The notes: generated from the letters alone by a model not told the origin. Counted from the first letter of the stretch, positions 31,007-41,983 are shown. The stretch: DNA of 64,000 bases from Acholeplasmataceae bacterium (GCA_963667565.1 OY763415.1:542019-606018); one strand, 5' to 3'. Program-made: numbers and translations.

Positions 31007-32185
31007 ATGATATTTAAAAGAGTATTTTTAATTGTCATGGATAGTTTAGGTATTGGAGAAGCACCAGATGCAGAGAAATATAATGATCTCGGTGCAAATA
31101 CAATTGGGCACATTGCGGAAAGAATGGATTTAAAATGTCCAAATTTAAAAGCAATGGGTTATGGTAATATTGCTCCAATTAGAAACATTGAACCAGTTGA
31201 TCATCCAAAAGCTTTTTATACTAAAATGCAAGAAGCTTCACTTGGAAAAGATACGATGACTGGACATTGGGAAATGATGGGAATGTATATTACAAAACCA
31301 TTTCAAACATTTACAGACACAGGATTCCCTAAAGAATTAATTGATTTATTAGAAGAAAGAACAGGGAGAAAAGTGATTGGTAACATCTCTGCATCAGGTA
31401 CAGATATATTGAGAGATTTAGGTGAAGAACACTTAAGAACAGGTGATTTAATTGTGTATACTTCAGCTGATTCAGTATTACAAATAGCGATGCATGAAGG
31501 TATTATTCCAATTGAAGAACAATATCGTATTTGTGAAATCGCAAGAGAAATTACTATGAAACCCGAATGGAAAGTTGGCCGTGTTATCGCAAGACCATTT
31601 GTTGGTGATAATAAAGATAACTTTACACGCACACCAAATCGTCATGATTATGCATTAAAACCACACACAAAAACTTCATTAAACTATTTGAGCGAAGCTG
31701 GATTTGATGTGATCGCACTTGGTAAAATAAATGATATTTTTGATGGCTATGGTATAACAGAATTTAGTAAAACAAAATCGAATGATGATGGTATGAGACA
31801 AATTACTGAAGTAGCTAAAAAAGATTTTACTGGATTATGTTTCTTAAATTTAGTTGATTTTGATGCGTTATATGGGCATCGTAGAAACCCAATTGGATAT
31901 GGTAAAGCCATAGAAGATTTTGATGGGCAATTACCATTATTTATAGAACAATTAAGTGAGGATGATCTTGTGTTGATTACTGCAGATCATGGGAATGATC
32001 CAATACATCACGGCACAGATCACACTAGAGAATATGTTCCGTTACTCGCATTTTCAAAACGATTTAATGAAGGTAAACAATTGCCATTGTTAAAAACTTT
32101 TGCAGATTTAGGTTATACAATCAATGATAATTTCAAAACTGAACTTCCAGAATTTGGATCATCATTTTTAGGACTTCTTAAATAA
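31007..32185 (+). CDS. deoB: Phosphopentomutase
   Basis: [31 protein letters not shown]; xerD-deoB order as in Bacillota. Confidence 0.96.
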   Translation: MIFKRVFLIVMDSLGIGEAPDAEKYNDLGANTIGHIAERMDLKCPNLKAMGYGNIAPIRNIEPVDHPKAFYTKMQEASLGKDTMTGHWEMMGMYITKPFQTFTDTGFPKELIDLLEERTGRKVIGNISASGTDILRDLGEEHLRTGDLIVYTSADSVLQIAMHEGIIPIEEQYRICEIAREITMKPEWKVGRVIARPFVGDNKDNFTRTPNRHDYALKPHTKTSLNYLSEAGFDVIALGKINDIFDGYGITEFSKTKSNDDGMRQITEVAKKDFTGLCFLNLVDFDALYGHRRNPIGYGKAIEDFDGQLPLFIEQLSEDDLVLITADHGNDPIHHGTDHTREYVPLLAFSKRFNEGKQLPLLKTFADLGYTINDNFKTELPEFGSSFLGLLK

Positions 32186-32192
32186 AATAAAT

Positions 32193-32224
32193 AAAACGCA
32201 TCTTATAATAGATGCGTTTTTTTA
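32193..32224. terminator. Bidirectional intrinsic terminator
   Basis: AAAACGCATCT-tataat-AGATGCGTTTT plus T-run between convergent genes. Confidence 0.85.
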
Positions 32225-32227
32225 TGC

Positions 32228-32881
32228 TTAAATTTTTTGATTAATGTAGAGTTTAAGTTTCATCAAAATGATTGATAATAATAAAGCGATAGGCATAATC
32301 ACTAAAATCATTAATGTGAAAATACCGATAAATCCATGATCAAAATTTGAAGGATTAAAGAACGGATAGATGTATGGCATGTTTGGACTATCTGGATAAT
32401 AGGTACTTATTAACTCTCCAAAAATAGGGTTAAAGATAAGATAAACTGAAGCAAAATAAATCAGTGGATATATCATCGCTAGATATACTTTTTTTAGTGG
32501 TAAGGATTCTTTAAGATAGAACATAAAGTATATCATAAATAGGATTGGAACGATCGTGTGAAGTATCATTTGAAGCAGTTCGAAAGGGCTAAAATATGAT
32601 CGCAAAAAGATGTGAAATAAAGACGCTGTAATTACGATATTGATTAATGAGATAAGATATAAAATCTCATGCCATTTCTTATGCAATTTTTTTAGTGATA
32701 GCAGAGTTGAAACCGTCACTAAAAAATTTGATTGATTCGTAAAATAAGTTGCTATAACTAAAGAAGAAACAAAGAAGAAACCAGAAGAGAGTACTCTTTG
32801 TATTTGTAGTATAAAAGCAACCAACTCAAATAGAATAATTAAAACAATGAGTAGATATTTAATTGCTTGTTTTAATTTCAT
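32228..32881 (-). CDS. Pr6Pr-like integral membrane protein
   Basis: Multi-TM; YFTNQSN and LHTIVP motifs recalled for this family. Confidence 0.6.
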   Translation of the reverse strand: MKLKQAIKYLLIVLIILFELVAFILQIQRVLSSGFFFVSSLVIATYFTNQSNFLVTVSTLLSLKKLHKKWHEILYLISLINIVITASLFHIFLRSYFSPFELLQMILHTIVPILFMIYFMFYLKESLPLKKVYLAMIYPLIYFASVYLIFNPIFGELISTYYPDSPNMPYIYPFFNPSNFDHGFIGIFTLMILVIMPIALLLSIILMKLKLYINQKI

Positions 32882-32895
32882 TTGAAACCCTCCCC

Positions 32896-33870
32896 TTAAA
32901 ATAATGTTTTTATGACATCAACTTTTTGAGTAAGACCAAGTGCTAGCATCAATTGAATTCTTGCTTTTTGTCCATTGAGACTTTGAGTAAAAATTACACC
33001 AAGTGATTGAAGATGATGACCTCCACCTTCATATCCATAGTTATCTAATACGCGACCTATTGGACATCTAGAAGTCAGTAGCACAGGAATGTTTAACTCA
33101 ATTGCACGTGTGATACCTGATACCATTTGAGGTGGAACATTGCCACGACCAAGTGCTTCAATGACAAAACCTTTGGCACCATTGTCAATGAGTAAGTTTA
33201 GTAATTCTGAACCCATCCCCGCTGCAACTTTTATTAGATGTACTTGACTTTCAATAGATTCAGGGCGAAGAGCTGCAACTCGTAAAGAAGGATTTCTTGT
33301 GTAAATCACATTGTCTTGCTCAACAATACCAATAGGACCAAACTCTAAAGACTTAAAAGTATCCAATGCTAAAGTGTGTGATTTAGTCACTTCACGTGCT
33401 GTATTAATTTCATCGTTAAGACAGACAAGCACTCCTTTACCAATTGAGTCTGGATGTGCTGCAACTAGTATTGATGATAGTAAGTTGCTAAGTCCATCAA
33501 AACCAATATCTGAATAACTGCGCATTGAACCTGTAAATACAACAGGTTTTTTGTGTAGTAAAAATAAATCTAAAAAATAAGAAGTCTCCTCAAGCGTATC
33601 AGTACCATGCGTAATGACTACGCCATCAATGATAGGATCATCAAGAAAACTTTGTGCAAGTTTAGCTAATTGAAGCATATCATCAGGCGTCATTGAAGGC
33701 GATGGCTTTAATGAGAATTCATGTGTGCGAATCTCGATTTGCGAGAGTTCGCCTTGTATATCATCAATGAGATTATTTCGATTGTCTACAATATTTGATT
33801 GTTTTTGTTGTGGGTTTCTTTGCATCGAAATTGTCCCACCAGTAAATATAATTTGTATAGTTTTTTTCAT
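32896..33870 (-). CDS. ansA: L-asparaginase (type I-like)
   Basis: TGGTISM and HGTDTLEET catalytic Thr motifs; start moved to ATG 33870. Confidence 0.92.
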   Translation of the reverse strand: MKKTIQIIFTGGTISMQRNPQQKQSNIVDNRNNLIDDIQGELSQIEIRTHEFSLKPSPSMTPDDMLQLAKLAQSFLDDPIIDGVVITHGTDTLEETSYFLDLFLLHKKPVVFTGSMRSYSDIGFDGLSNLLSSILVAAHPDSIGKGVLVCLNDEINTAREVTKSHTLALDTFKSLEFGPIGIVEQDNVIYTRNPSLRVAALRPESIESQVHLIKVAAGMGSELLNLLIDNGAKGFVIEALGRGNVPPQMVSGITRAIELNIPVLLTSRCPIGRVLDNYGYEGGGHHLQSLGVIFTQSLNGQKARIQLMLALGLTQKVDVIKTLF

Positions 33871-34044
33871 TTTTATCACCATTTTTATTGTATCACGAAA
33901 GAATGAGAAATATATACGTATAAAATGACAAAAATCGATGGTTTATATGAAAAGTAGAAACATAACACCGAAATTTATAGTTATCAACAATAACAACATT
34001 TCCACACGAAATCGATTGATAGCACAGTAAAGCGGTCAATATAT

Positions 34045-34072
34045 GGTTTACATAATATATATTATACGAACA
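34045..34072 (-). other. dif-like chromosome dimer resolution site
   Basis: Minus strand TGTTCGTATAA-TATATA-TTATGTAAACC, versus recalled B. subtilis dif ACTTCCTAGAA-TATATA-TTATGTAAACT; lies at the gene-orientation switch and near xerD. Confidence 0.85.
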
Positions 34073-34189
34073 AATATAGAATAAAAATAATAAGGTATTC
34101 AAGTTTTAATACAGTTATAATTATATTAATCATATAATAAAAAGCAAATATTCATCAAATACTTCTACTAAATACATTCATAATATGTA

Positions 34190-34830
34190 TATGAGTATAA
34201 TAAAAATGTTCGAGAGTAGTTTTTGAGCGGTTTTTATCTTCTTAGCTGTATAAATGTATGTCTTGGGTTCTCATATAGCATTAGAGTGCGTTTTAGGTAT
34301 TTTTAGGGTATTATTGATAGATTCAATTATAGGGTCAGTTTTAAGTTTTACTTCTTCTACTTTTATACATATACATGTCATCATTTTTTAAGATTTTGTA
34401 TGATCTTATTATTAATGGTTTTTTAGGATCTTTGCTTACTCTTTAAAACGAGGAAGGTATTTCTATGACTTTCAATTTCTCGATTGCTTAAAACGCGTCT
34501 AGTATTTACACATACTTTTCTAACCAATTTTTAAATCATAAGTTTTCATCTATATGAGTTAAAAAATAATATATGGTGTTTTAAGTAGTATACACAATTA
34601 TAGATTCGTATCGATCTTTCGTTCTTGATCTGTCTTAGTCTTAATATATCATTTTAGCTAATTTCTTATTTCTTAAATTCTAGATGTTTACTATGATCTA
34701 TTTTTTATGATTCATGCTTATGCTAAACACTCATTCACTTTTAATGTTCTTTGTATATTTTTTCATCCATTCATTTAGTTTCTTTAATGCTCTTTATATG
34801 ACATGTGATCACGCTTGATTTTTAGGATGT
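34190..34830 (-). mobile_element. Heavily decayed ISL3-like transposase relic
   Basis: Broken minus-strand frames give D-H-(fs)-HVI*RALKKL, IEIPSSF*RVSK...IIRSY and DPIIESINNTLK, in the order of ISL3 motifs D.FHV, ...W...I.NSF and NG..E..NN.IK; many stops and frameshifts. Confidence 0.5.
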
Positions 34831-34974
34831 TGTCTTATTTTAAAATTAATTATAGATTCATAAACTAAATTTTTATTTTATTTAACAATTTTATAAATAA
34901 AGATTTTTGGGCATAAAGTTTAGATATAGTAAACTTACATTTTTATCATATTTTTTTCTTACAAAATTTCAATT

Positions 34975-35017
34975 AAAAAAGGACTTCAAATTCAAGGAGG
35001 AATTAACGAAGTCCTTT
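34975..35017 (-). terminator. Terminator closing the catabolic operon
   Basis: AAGGACTTC...GAAGTCCTT stem followed by T-run on the minus strand. Confidence 0.7.
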
Positions 35018-35035
35018 AACAGGTTTAATACATAT

Positions 35036-35926
35036 TTATTTGATATTTAAGAATTCCTTGATATCTTCTGCCAATTGATCTGGTACATCCACTAAAGGAG
35101 AATGCCCACAATTTTCATAGACTATCAGTTTAGATTGTTTTTGTAATGCATTGTAATTTTCTAATACCATATACTCAGGAACAGTGATATCTTGTCTACC
35201 CCATGTGTGGAGAATTTCTGCTTTTACTTTTGAAATTTGATTCGTACCTGCATTGTAGAAGTTGTGTACATTTGACATGTTCTGATTAGCAAGTGCCCAA
35301 TCTGCATCAATTAAATTTCTTTGTTTAAGGGATTCATTGATCCATAACTTGTTTTCTTCTTTTGAAGGATGATTAACTGTATAAATCGTCTTTTCAAATA
35401 TAAAACTAATGAGGTCAAAATTACCGTTTTTTTGAGCTTCTAGTAAAGGTTTGACCTGGACTGCATCTTCTCCCATTTCTTCTGGAGAAAGGTATGCAAA
35501 ACCGACTTGTGGCAATCCCTTTTCATCTTTCTTAAAGATAGGATATCCACGATGTGTAGATGCATTTATTAATACGCATTTTCCAAGTGATTCTGGATGA
35601 CTTGCTGCAAACTCGAGTGCAACACTTCCTCCTAGTGACCAACCGATTAAATCGGCTTTTTCTATCCCTTTAGCTTGCATGAATAAGTAAATGTCTTCAG
35701 CTAAATCTGCAAGACTTTTAATACGTCTATAGTATGTAGAATCTCCATACCCTCTTAAGTCTGGTGCAAGCACTTTAACATCTCTTGGTAATCTTGAAAG
35801 TAATGGTGTATAAAATAAACTTGATGAAAAATTACCATGTATTAAGATAAGTGTTCTTTGACCTTGTCCTTGTTCTAAATAATGATAGACTTCTCCATTT
35901 TTTAAAACTACTTGTCTTTTTTCCAT
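35036..35926 (-). CDS. Alpha/beta hydrolase, Bacillus intracellular PHB depolymerase (PhaZ)-like, paralog B
   Basis: LIHGNFSSS, DLRGYG, GWSLGG, GYPIFKKD, DPVQV-like segment, GHSP; start moved to ATG 35926. Confidence 0.75.
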   Translation of the reverse strand: MEKRQVVLKNGEVYHYLEQGQGQRTLILIHGNFSSSLFYTPLLSRLPRDVKVLAPDLRGYGDSTYYRRIKSLADLAEDIYLFMQAKGIEKADLIGWSLGGSVALEFAASHPESLGKCVLINASTHRGYPIFKKDEKGLPQVGFAYLSPEEMGEDAVQVKPLLEAQKNGNFDLISFIFEKTIYTVNHPSKEENKLWINESLKQRNLIDADWALANQNMSNVHNFYNAGTNQISKVKAEILHTWGRQDITVPEYMVLENYNALQKQSKLIVYENCGHSPLVDVPDQLAEDIKEFLNIK

Positions 35927-35941
35927 GTGATAACCCCTCAA

Positions 35942-36763
35942 TTAAATATTATATTTTGTTTCTAATGCGTTGATGAATCCTAATATCATTGTAACAAATA
36001 ATAATGGTTTTTCATACATTGATGCATGTCCAGCACCAGGGATGATAACCATATTTGAATCTTTAATGTGTTCATGTAAATATTTTTGATTTTGAATTGG
36101 AGTTAAATAATCTTCATCAGCAGCAATAATTAATGTTGGTGCTGTAATCTTATTTAATTCATCTCTTACATCATATCCTTCAGCACTGTTGGTCAAGCGT
36201 TCCATTGCATCCAAAAACTCAGGATTTGAGAATACAGGAATTAAGACTTGTTCTCTTTTCTTCATCCAATCTAATCTTTGTTCATAATAGCTTGGTGAAT
36301 AAATAATTGGAATAGCTGCTTGATAATAGTTTTGACCATTTCTAGTTTTTCCAATTGCATTCCAAGAGTATCCAATTTCTGCAAGCCAAGGAGAGGTGTT
36401 TGGTGTTGTATTAAATAACACTAATCGCTCTACTTTATTTGGATGTTTAATGGCGAATTGTAATGCGACTTCACCACCATATGAAATACCAACCACATTG
36501 ACTTTAGTCAAGCTTAATTCTTTTAACAAATAATCTAAGACATCGACTTGAATCGATTGTGTATAAGCACTGTTTAATAACTTATCACTTTGTCCTTGAT
36601 CAATAAAATCAACTCTAATGAACATATTGTTTTCTGATAGAGTTTTAACAAAAGGTTCCCATGATTTTGTAGACATCATAATGCCGTTTAAAATCAATAT
36701 AGGTTTGCCCTCACCTTTAACGTCGTAATAGATGGAACGTCCTTTAAAATCTAAATATGCCAT
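35942..36763 (-). CDS. Alpha/beta hydrolase (esterase/enol-lactonase-like)
   Basis: LNGIMM oxyanion region, GISYGG, AGHAS. Confidence 0.85.
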   Translation of the reverse strand: MAYLDFKGRSIYYDVKGEGKPILILNGIMMSTKSWEPFVKTLSENNMFIRVDFIDQGQSDKLLNSAYTQSIQVDVLDYLLKELSLTKVNVVGISYGGEVALQFAIKHPNKVERLVLFNTTPNTSPWLAEIGYSWNAIGKTRNGQNYYQAAIPIIYSPSYYEQRLDWMKKREQVLIPVFSNPEFLDAMERLTNSAEGYDVRDELNKITAPTLIIAADEDYLTPIQNQKYLHEHIKDSNMVIIPGAGHASMYEKPLLFVTMILGFINALETKYNI

Positions 36764-36764
36764 G

Positions 36765-38072
36765 TTAGAAAATCAACTCCAATTTCTTTGCTTCTTCCAT
36801 AAGTTCATCTCTAAACTTAGGATGTGCAATACTAATTAATAATTGTACACGTTCACTAATTGATGTACCTCGAAGTGAAACGCACCCATATTCAGTAACA
36901 ACATAATCAACATCATTTCTAGATAATGAGACACCAGCACCTGGTTTTAAGATAGGAACAATTTTAGATATTTCTTCTCGTTCTCCAGTTTCTGGGTTTT
37001 TAACATTTGCAGTTGAATAAAGTGTAATGAAACTCATACCACCTTTAGAATTTTGTGCACCAATTGCTGTATCAGATTGGCCACCAGTTCCTGAGAATTG
37101 TTTATGACCAAGAGACTCAGATGCACATTGTCCTGTTAAATCAATTTCAATGGTTGTATTAATTGATATTTGATTATCATTTAAACCAATCACTGCAGGA
37201 TCATTGACATAGTTTCCATTTAGGATTTGTACACTTGGATTGTTATCAATAAAGTCATATAACTCTTGTGTACCTAATGCAAAGCAGCATACATGTTTTC
37301 CAACATGTGTTTGTTTCTTAAGACCAGTGACTGCACCTGCTTTAATTAAGTGCATGAATCCAGTGGTTAACATTTCAGTGTGAATACCTAAATCTTTTTT
37401 ACCCATAAGTGCATGTGCGACTGCATTTGGAATACCACCTATACCAAGTTGTAGTGTAGCTCCATCTTCAATCTTATCTGCGATAAATCCACCAATCTTT
37501 AAATCTTTTTCATTTGGTTCAGCATCTGGTAATATGGGTGCTTTATAATCTACTTCAATCATATAATCAATATTTGATACATGAAGTTCGACATCTCCAA
37601 ATGTTCTAGGAAAATTAGGATTAATCTCAAGGATGACAATATCAGCTGCTCGACATGCTTCAATTTCATAAACATTAGATAAAGAAAGTGAAACAAATCC
37701 GTGTTGATCAGGAGGTGTTGCAGTACCTACAAACATATTTGGTTTGACATGTTCGAAACGTTTACGACCAGCAAGGTGTAAATGATTAGGAATAAATGTA
37801 ATATTACCGTTTTGATGAGCTTTTCTTAGAGAGCCCGAATAAAACCAGCTGTCAACTGAAAATGATGATTTATAAGCTGGATTAACAAAAAATTCAGCAT
37901 TTTCAAATGGTAAACAATTTGTCACACGTACACCGCTGACTTGACCAGCGACTTCGTGTAATTTTGATAAAAATAATTTTGGTTCTGCGCCAGCCATCCC
38001 AGATACGATGACATCGTTATCTTTAACGAGTTTTAAGGCTTCTTCAACTGAGATAATTTTATGTTCTTTCAT
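36765..38072 (-). CDS. Acetyl-CoA hydrolase/transferase family CoA-transferase (Cat2/AbfT-like)
   Basis: LQLGIGGIPNAV, GIHTEM (catalytic Glu), GTGGQSD, VVTEYG. Confidence 0.92.
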   Translation of the reverse strand: MKEHKIISVEEALKLVKDNDVIVSGMAGAEPKLFLSKLHEVAGQVSGVRVTNCLPFENAEFFVNPAYKSSFSVDSWFYSGSLRKAHQNGNITFIPNHLHLAGRKRFEHVKPNMFVGTATPPDQHGFVSLSLSNVYEIEACRAADIVILEINPNFPRTFGDVELHVSNIDYMIEVDYKAPILPDAEPNEKDLKIGGFIADKIEDGATLQLGIGGIPNAVAHALMGKKDLGIHTEMLTTGFMHLIKAGAVTGLKKQTHVGKHVCCFALGTQELYDFIDNNPSVQILNGNYVNDPAVIGLNDNQISINTTIEIDLTGQCASESLGHKQFSGTGGQSDTAIGAQNSKGGMSFITLYSTANVKNPETGEREEISKIVPILKPGAGVSLSRNDVDYVVTEYGCVSLRGTSISERVQLLISIAHPKFRDELMEEAKKLELIF

Positions 38073-38099
38073 AATACCCTTCCTTTTTAAAGATATTAT

Positions 38100-38138
38100 C
38101 TTGACTGAAGGGGAGCAATCTCTTACTCCCCTTAGTCA
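38100..38138 (-). terminator. Strong intercistronic hairpin after the substrate-binding gene
   Basis: GACTGAAGGGGAG / CTCCCCTTAGTC imperfect inverted repeat, no clear U-tract. Confidence 0.5.
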
Positions 38139-38259
38139 ACAATAATAGTTAAAATTTACTTATATTAATTTTAAAGGTGCTCTAACTATAAGCATACTGC
38201 ATTTAAATCTTGTAGTCAACTTTAGTTAGGCGATCTTTTTTAGTGTTGTAAATAAATGA

Positions 38260-39606
38260 TTATTTAGCAACAACTGTAGAAATTGATTCAAGACCAATAA
38301 TCTTCTTGAAAGATACTGTTGGTGAATATTGTAATTGGTTTAATGCTAATGTAGATAAACCAGTTCTATTACCATTTGCCCAGTCAATTGATCCAGCCAT
38401 TGGAAGATCTACAGGTGCAGACTCTGCAGCAGCAATAAATGATTCCCAAGTTACTGAGTCTAAGTCAACTCTTTCTAATAAAGTAACAAATGTTTGAGCA
38501 GCAATGTAACCAGCGATTGCATAAGCGTTTGCCCATAATGATTTAGCTGTTGTGTCGCCATCAACACGGTCAGATGAATTCATGTCATGAACAAATGTAT
38601 CCCAATATTCAGCTGTAAAACCAGCAAGATATGAGAAGTCTAATGTCCAACCAGAAAGTGTGCCATCACCACCGATTTGTGCAGCAGTTGGAGCAGCACC
38701 GTTAGCATCAGAAATGTCTACCCATGCATTTGCATAAACTTCGAATGGAAGTGGTGTAGTAGCATCAACCATAGCAGGTGTGAATACTGAAGCACCATTT
38801 ACATAACTTGATAATACAGGAACTGTACTTTCAGCAACTCTTAATGCAGTAGTCATTGCAGTTGCAGGAGCTTGGTTAGCTGATAATAAGAATACATCAG
38901 GATTTAAACCTAAAGCAACTGATGCAACAGCACTTGCAGTTGCAGCACTAAATGGTAAATAAGTAACATTGTCACCAACGCCTTCAGTAGCAACTTGATC
39001 AGTGATACCTAATTTAATTGATTGTCCAGCATCATCATCTGAATAAAGAACAACAATTTTAGCACCTTCTGGTAATTTAGCATCTTTGTTAGCGCCAAAG
39101 ATACTTTCATGAAGTGCTCTTGCGACTAACATTTGACCTTCAGTACGATAGATAGGTTGAACTGATAAGATGTTATTACCAGGTTCGTTAGTGTAATATA
39201 ATGAGTTAACACCAGTTACACCATATACCATAGGTACGCCTGATTCTAATAAGTAGTCCATAGTCGCGTTAACTGTATTAGTTCCAAAATGACCAACTAA
39301 AGCAAATACGTTGTCTTCTTCAACTAATTTTTTAGTATAAGCTAAACCTTGAGCTCCATCAAAACCATCATCATAATGTACAAATTTAATATCTCTACCT
39401 TCATGTGTAGCATTGTATTCATCAAATACAACTTGCATTGCTAAGTTAAAAGGTACACCAACACCAGCAAATAAACCTGATGTAGCTGCTGTATTACCAA
39501 TAACGATTTCAGTATCAGTAATACCTGGAGTTCCTGATTCAGTTTGGCAAGCCATTAAACCAAAGCCAGCAACTAATACAAGTAATAATAAATAAAACTT
39601 TTTCAT
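38260..39606 (-). CDS. HAAT/Liv-type ABC transporter substrate-binding lipoprotein
   Basis: Signal with lipobox LMAC; IVIGNTAATSG, YDDGFD, LVEEDNVFALVG of the LivJ/K fold. Confidence 0.9.
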   Translation of the reverse strand: MKKFYLLLLVLVAGFGLMACQTESGTPGITDTEIVIGNTAATSGLFAGVGVPFNLAMQVVFDEYNATHEGRDIKFVHYDDGFDGAQGLAYTKKLVEEDNVFALVGHFGTNTVNATMDYLLESGVPMVYGVTGVNSLYYTNEPGNNILSVQPIYRTEGQMLVARALHESIFGANKDAKLPEGAKIVVLYSDDDAGQSIKLGITDQVATEGVGDNVTYLPFSAATASAVASVALGLNPDVFLLSANQAPATAMTTALRVAESTVPVLSSYVNGASVFTPAMVDATTPLPFEVYANAWVDISDANGAAPTAAQIGGDGTLSGWTLDFSYLAGFTAEYWDTFVHDMNSSDRVDGDTTAKSLWANAYAIAGYIAAQTFVTLLERVDLDSVTWESFIAAAESAPVDLPMAGSIDWANGNRTGLSTLALNQLQYSPTVSFKKIIGLESISTVVAK

Positions 39607-39657
39607 TCTTTTTCTCCTTTTATTTTGTTGTGCGTTTGCACTATTTTTACCAATCTT

Positions 39658-40422
39658 TTATTCATCAGTGGATCCTAAATAGGCACTGATTAAATCTTTA
39701 TCATTGAGAAGATCTTTTGCTAGTCCTTCAGCTTTGATTTTCCCAATTTCTAAAACATACCCATAGTCAGCAATCTTTAAGGTTTGTCTTGCATTTTGTT
39801 CAACAATTAAGATTGTTCTACCATCTTCTTTAATTTTTTTAATGATGTTAAAAATATCTTTGATGATGAGTGGTGCAAGTCCTAATGAAGGTTCATCTAG
39901 TAATAATAATTCAGGTGCACCCATTAAAGCACGACCGATCGCTAACATTTGTTGTTCACCACCAGAGAGGGTTGAAGCTTGCTGTTTGCGTCTTTCGGAT
40001 AGAATAGGAAAATAACCGTATACTTCATTCAGCAAAGCTTTAACTCTTTCTTTTCGTGAAACTTTTATACCATCTTCATTAACTTTTGAGTTAATTGAAT
40101 AAGCGCCAACTAATAAATTTTCTTCAACAGTTAAATCATTTAAAATCATACGTCCTTCTGGTGATTGCATAATGCCTTTAGATACAATTTTAAATGAGTG
40201 TTGATTTTGGATTTCTTCACCGTTATAAAGAATTTGGCCTTCTTTGATTTTAGTCAAACCAGAGATAGAACGAATGGTTGAAGTTTTACCAGCACCATTT
40301 GCTCCAAGGATTGCAACAATTGAACCCTTTGGAACATTCATACTTACACCTTTAACGGCTTTAACGATACCATAGTCGATTTCGACATTTTTAAGTTCTA
40401 AAATATTACTCATCATCATCAT
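39658..40422 (-). CDS. Liv-type ABC ATPase (LivF-like)
   Basis: GANGAGKT, LSGGEQQMLAIGRAL, LDEPSLGLAP. Confidence 0.95.
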   Translation of the reverse strand: MMMMSNILELKNVEIDYGIVKAVKGVSMNVPKGSIVAILGANGAGKTSTIRSISGLTKIKEGQILYNGEEIQNQHSFKIVSKGIMQSPEGRMILNDLTVEENLLVGAYSINSKVNEDGIKVSRKERVKALLNEVYGYFPILSERRKQQASTLSGGEQQMLAIGRALMGAPELLLLDEPSLGLAPLIIKDIFNIIKKIKEDGRTILIVEQNARQTLKIADYGYVLEIGKIKAEGLAKDLLNDKDLISAYLGSTDE

Positions 40423-41983
40423 CTCCTAGGTATGCTTTTCTTACATCTGGATTTTGTTGAATTTCTTTAGGTGTTCCTAGTCCAATACGTTTACCAAATG
40501 AAATCGCACAAATTCGATCACAAATTGACATAACAAGTCCCATATCATGTTCTACTAAGAAAATAGTCACGCCATATTCTTTATTGATTTTCTTAATCAC
40601 TTTTGCTAAGTCTTGAGTTTCTGCATCATTAAGTCCTGCTGCTGGTTCATCAAGAATAATTAAGGATGGATCTGTCATTAATGTTCTTGCTAGTTCTACT
40701 TTCTTTAAGACACCATAAGGAAGTCCATAAGGTGATCTAAAAGCATATTCTTCAATACCGAGGTTTTGTAAGATTTGATAACCTTTAGTTCTTATCACTT
40801 TATCTTCTCTTAAAAGTTTTTGTGTATGTGCCATATGATCAAGGAATGAAGTGATTAAGAGTGAGTGTGCAGCAACCATTAAGTTATCTAACACTGTTAA
40901 TTCCCAAATAAGTTCAACATTTTGGAAACTTCTAGCAATCCCTTCTGAAATCATGTCATGTGTTTTATAGTCATATAAATCAACGATATGATTTTCTTTA
41001 TTTCTTAAGATCATATTACCTGAAGTTGCTTTGTAAAATTGAGTGATACAATTAAATACCGTCGTTTTACCAGCACCATTAGGTCCAATAAGTCCAAAGA
41101 CTTCGCCTTTTTTTACATCAAAAGTTAAATCGTTAACTGCTTTTACACCACCAAAATACATTTTTAAATTTTGAATGGAAAGATGAATTTGATCATCTTC
41201 TAACATATTCATGACAGTTTTAATTTTGCCAACTTCTGCTTCTAGTCTATCGATTTGTTTTTCATTAACGATGTTTCCAGAAGCTTGAAGTGACTTTAAA
41301 TTGATGAGCTGTGGCTCATATTGCTTTAATAACTTACCATCTTCTTCATGACGTTTTTCGTTATATTTCATGATTGATGCCATAATTGATTTGTTTTTAC
41401 TTGTTTTGGATTCAATAGATGCTAAATTACGTTTCAAGAATTGTTCAGTTCTTGATTTTAATCTTTGACCTTTGATTTCCATTGCATCAAGTTGTTTTTG
41501 TTTTTTAAGATCTAAAGCTTCGATTTGCTTATTGATCTTTATTAATTGATTAGGATCAATGGATTGATGAGGTAAGCTTTGTTCTAATTGTTTTTCAAAT
41601 TGATCTCTTTTAGCCTTTTCTTTGATATCCCATGATTTTAAAAGTGCATCAATATCATTTTTTTGATCAGATTTCAAAATTGATGTTTTATATTTTCTTC
41701 TTGCCCAATATGCTTTTTCATCAAACTTTTTAAGTTTTAATGCACGCTTTTGGTCATTTTTTGTTAAACCATCTCTTAGTGCAATAAGGGGTGTGATATC
41801 TTCTTGGTAATAGTTTTCAATAAGTGTTGCTTCCTTTTTCATGAAAGCATCATATTTCTTACTAAACTCAATGGATAAGCCTTTTAAATAATTAATCTTA
41901 AGTAATAACTTACGATGTTTTTTAACATTGTTTTGATTTATATATCTTTCCAAGAAAGTTCCTGGTTTATTCTTCAGTGCCAT
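40406..41983 (-). CDS. Liv-type ABC ATPase (LivG-like) with long charged N-terminal extension
   Basis: C-terminal [26 protein letters not shown]; about 265 Lys/Glu/Gln-rich residues before it. Confidence 0.92.
   Translation of the reverse strand: MALKNKPGTFLERYINQNNVKKHRKLLLKINYLKGLSIEFSKKYDAFMKKEATLIENYYQEDITPLIALRDGLTKNDQKRALKLKKFDEKAYWARRKYKTSILKSDQKNDIDALLKSWDIKEKAKRDQFEKQLEQSLPHQSIDPNQLIKINKQIEALDLKKQKQLDAMEIKGQRLKSRTEQFLKRNLASIESKTSKNKSIMASIMKYNEKRHEEDGKLLKQYEPQLINLKSLQASGNIVNEKQIDRLEAEVGKIKTVMNMLEDDQIHLSIQNLKMYFGGVKAVNDLTFDVKKGEVFGLIGPNGAGKTTVFNCITQFYKATSGNMILRNKENHIVDLYDYKTHDMISEGIARSFQNVELIWELTVLDNLMVAAHSLLITSFLDHMAHTQKLLREDKVIRTKGYQILQNLGIEEYAFRSPYGLPYGVLKKVELARTLMTDPSLIILDEPAAGLNDAETQDLAKVIKKINKEYGVTIFLVEHDMGLVMSICDRICAISFGKRIGLGTPKEIQQNPDVRKAYLGDDDDE

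Noticed and set aside
33893-34102. 69-aa minus-strand ORF spanning dif
   Set aside because: Low-complexity AT-rich translation without a clear RBS; the region is better explained by the dif site.
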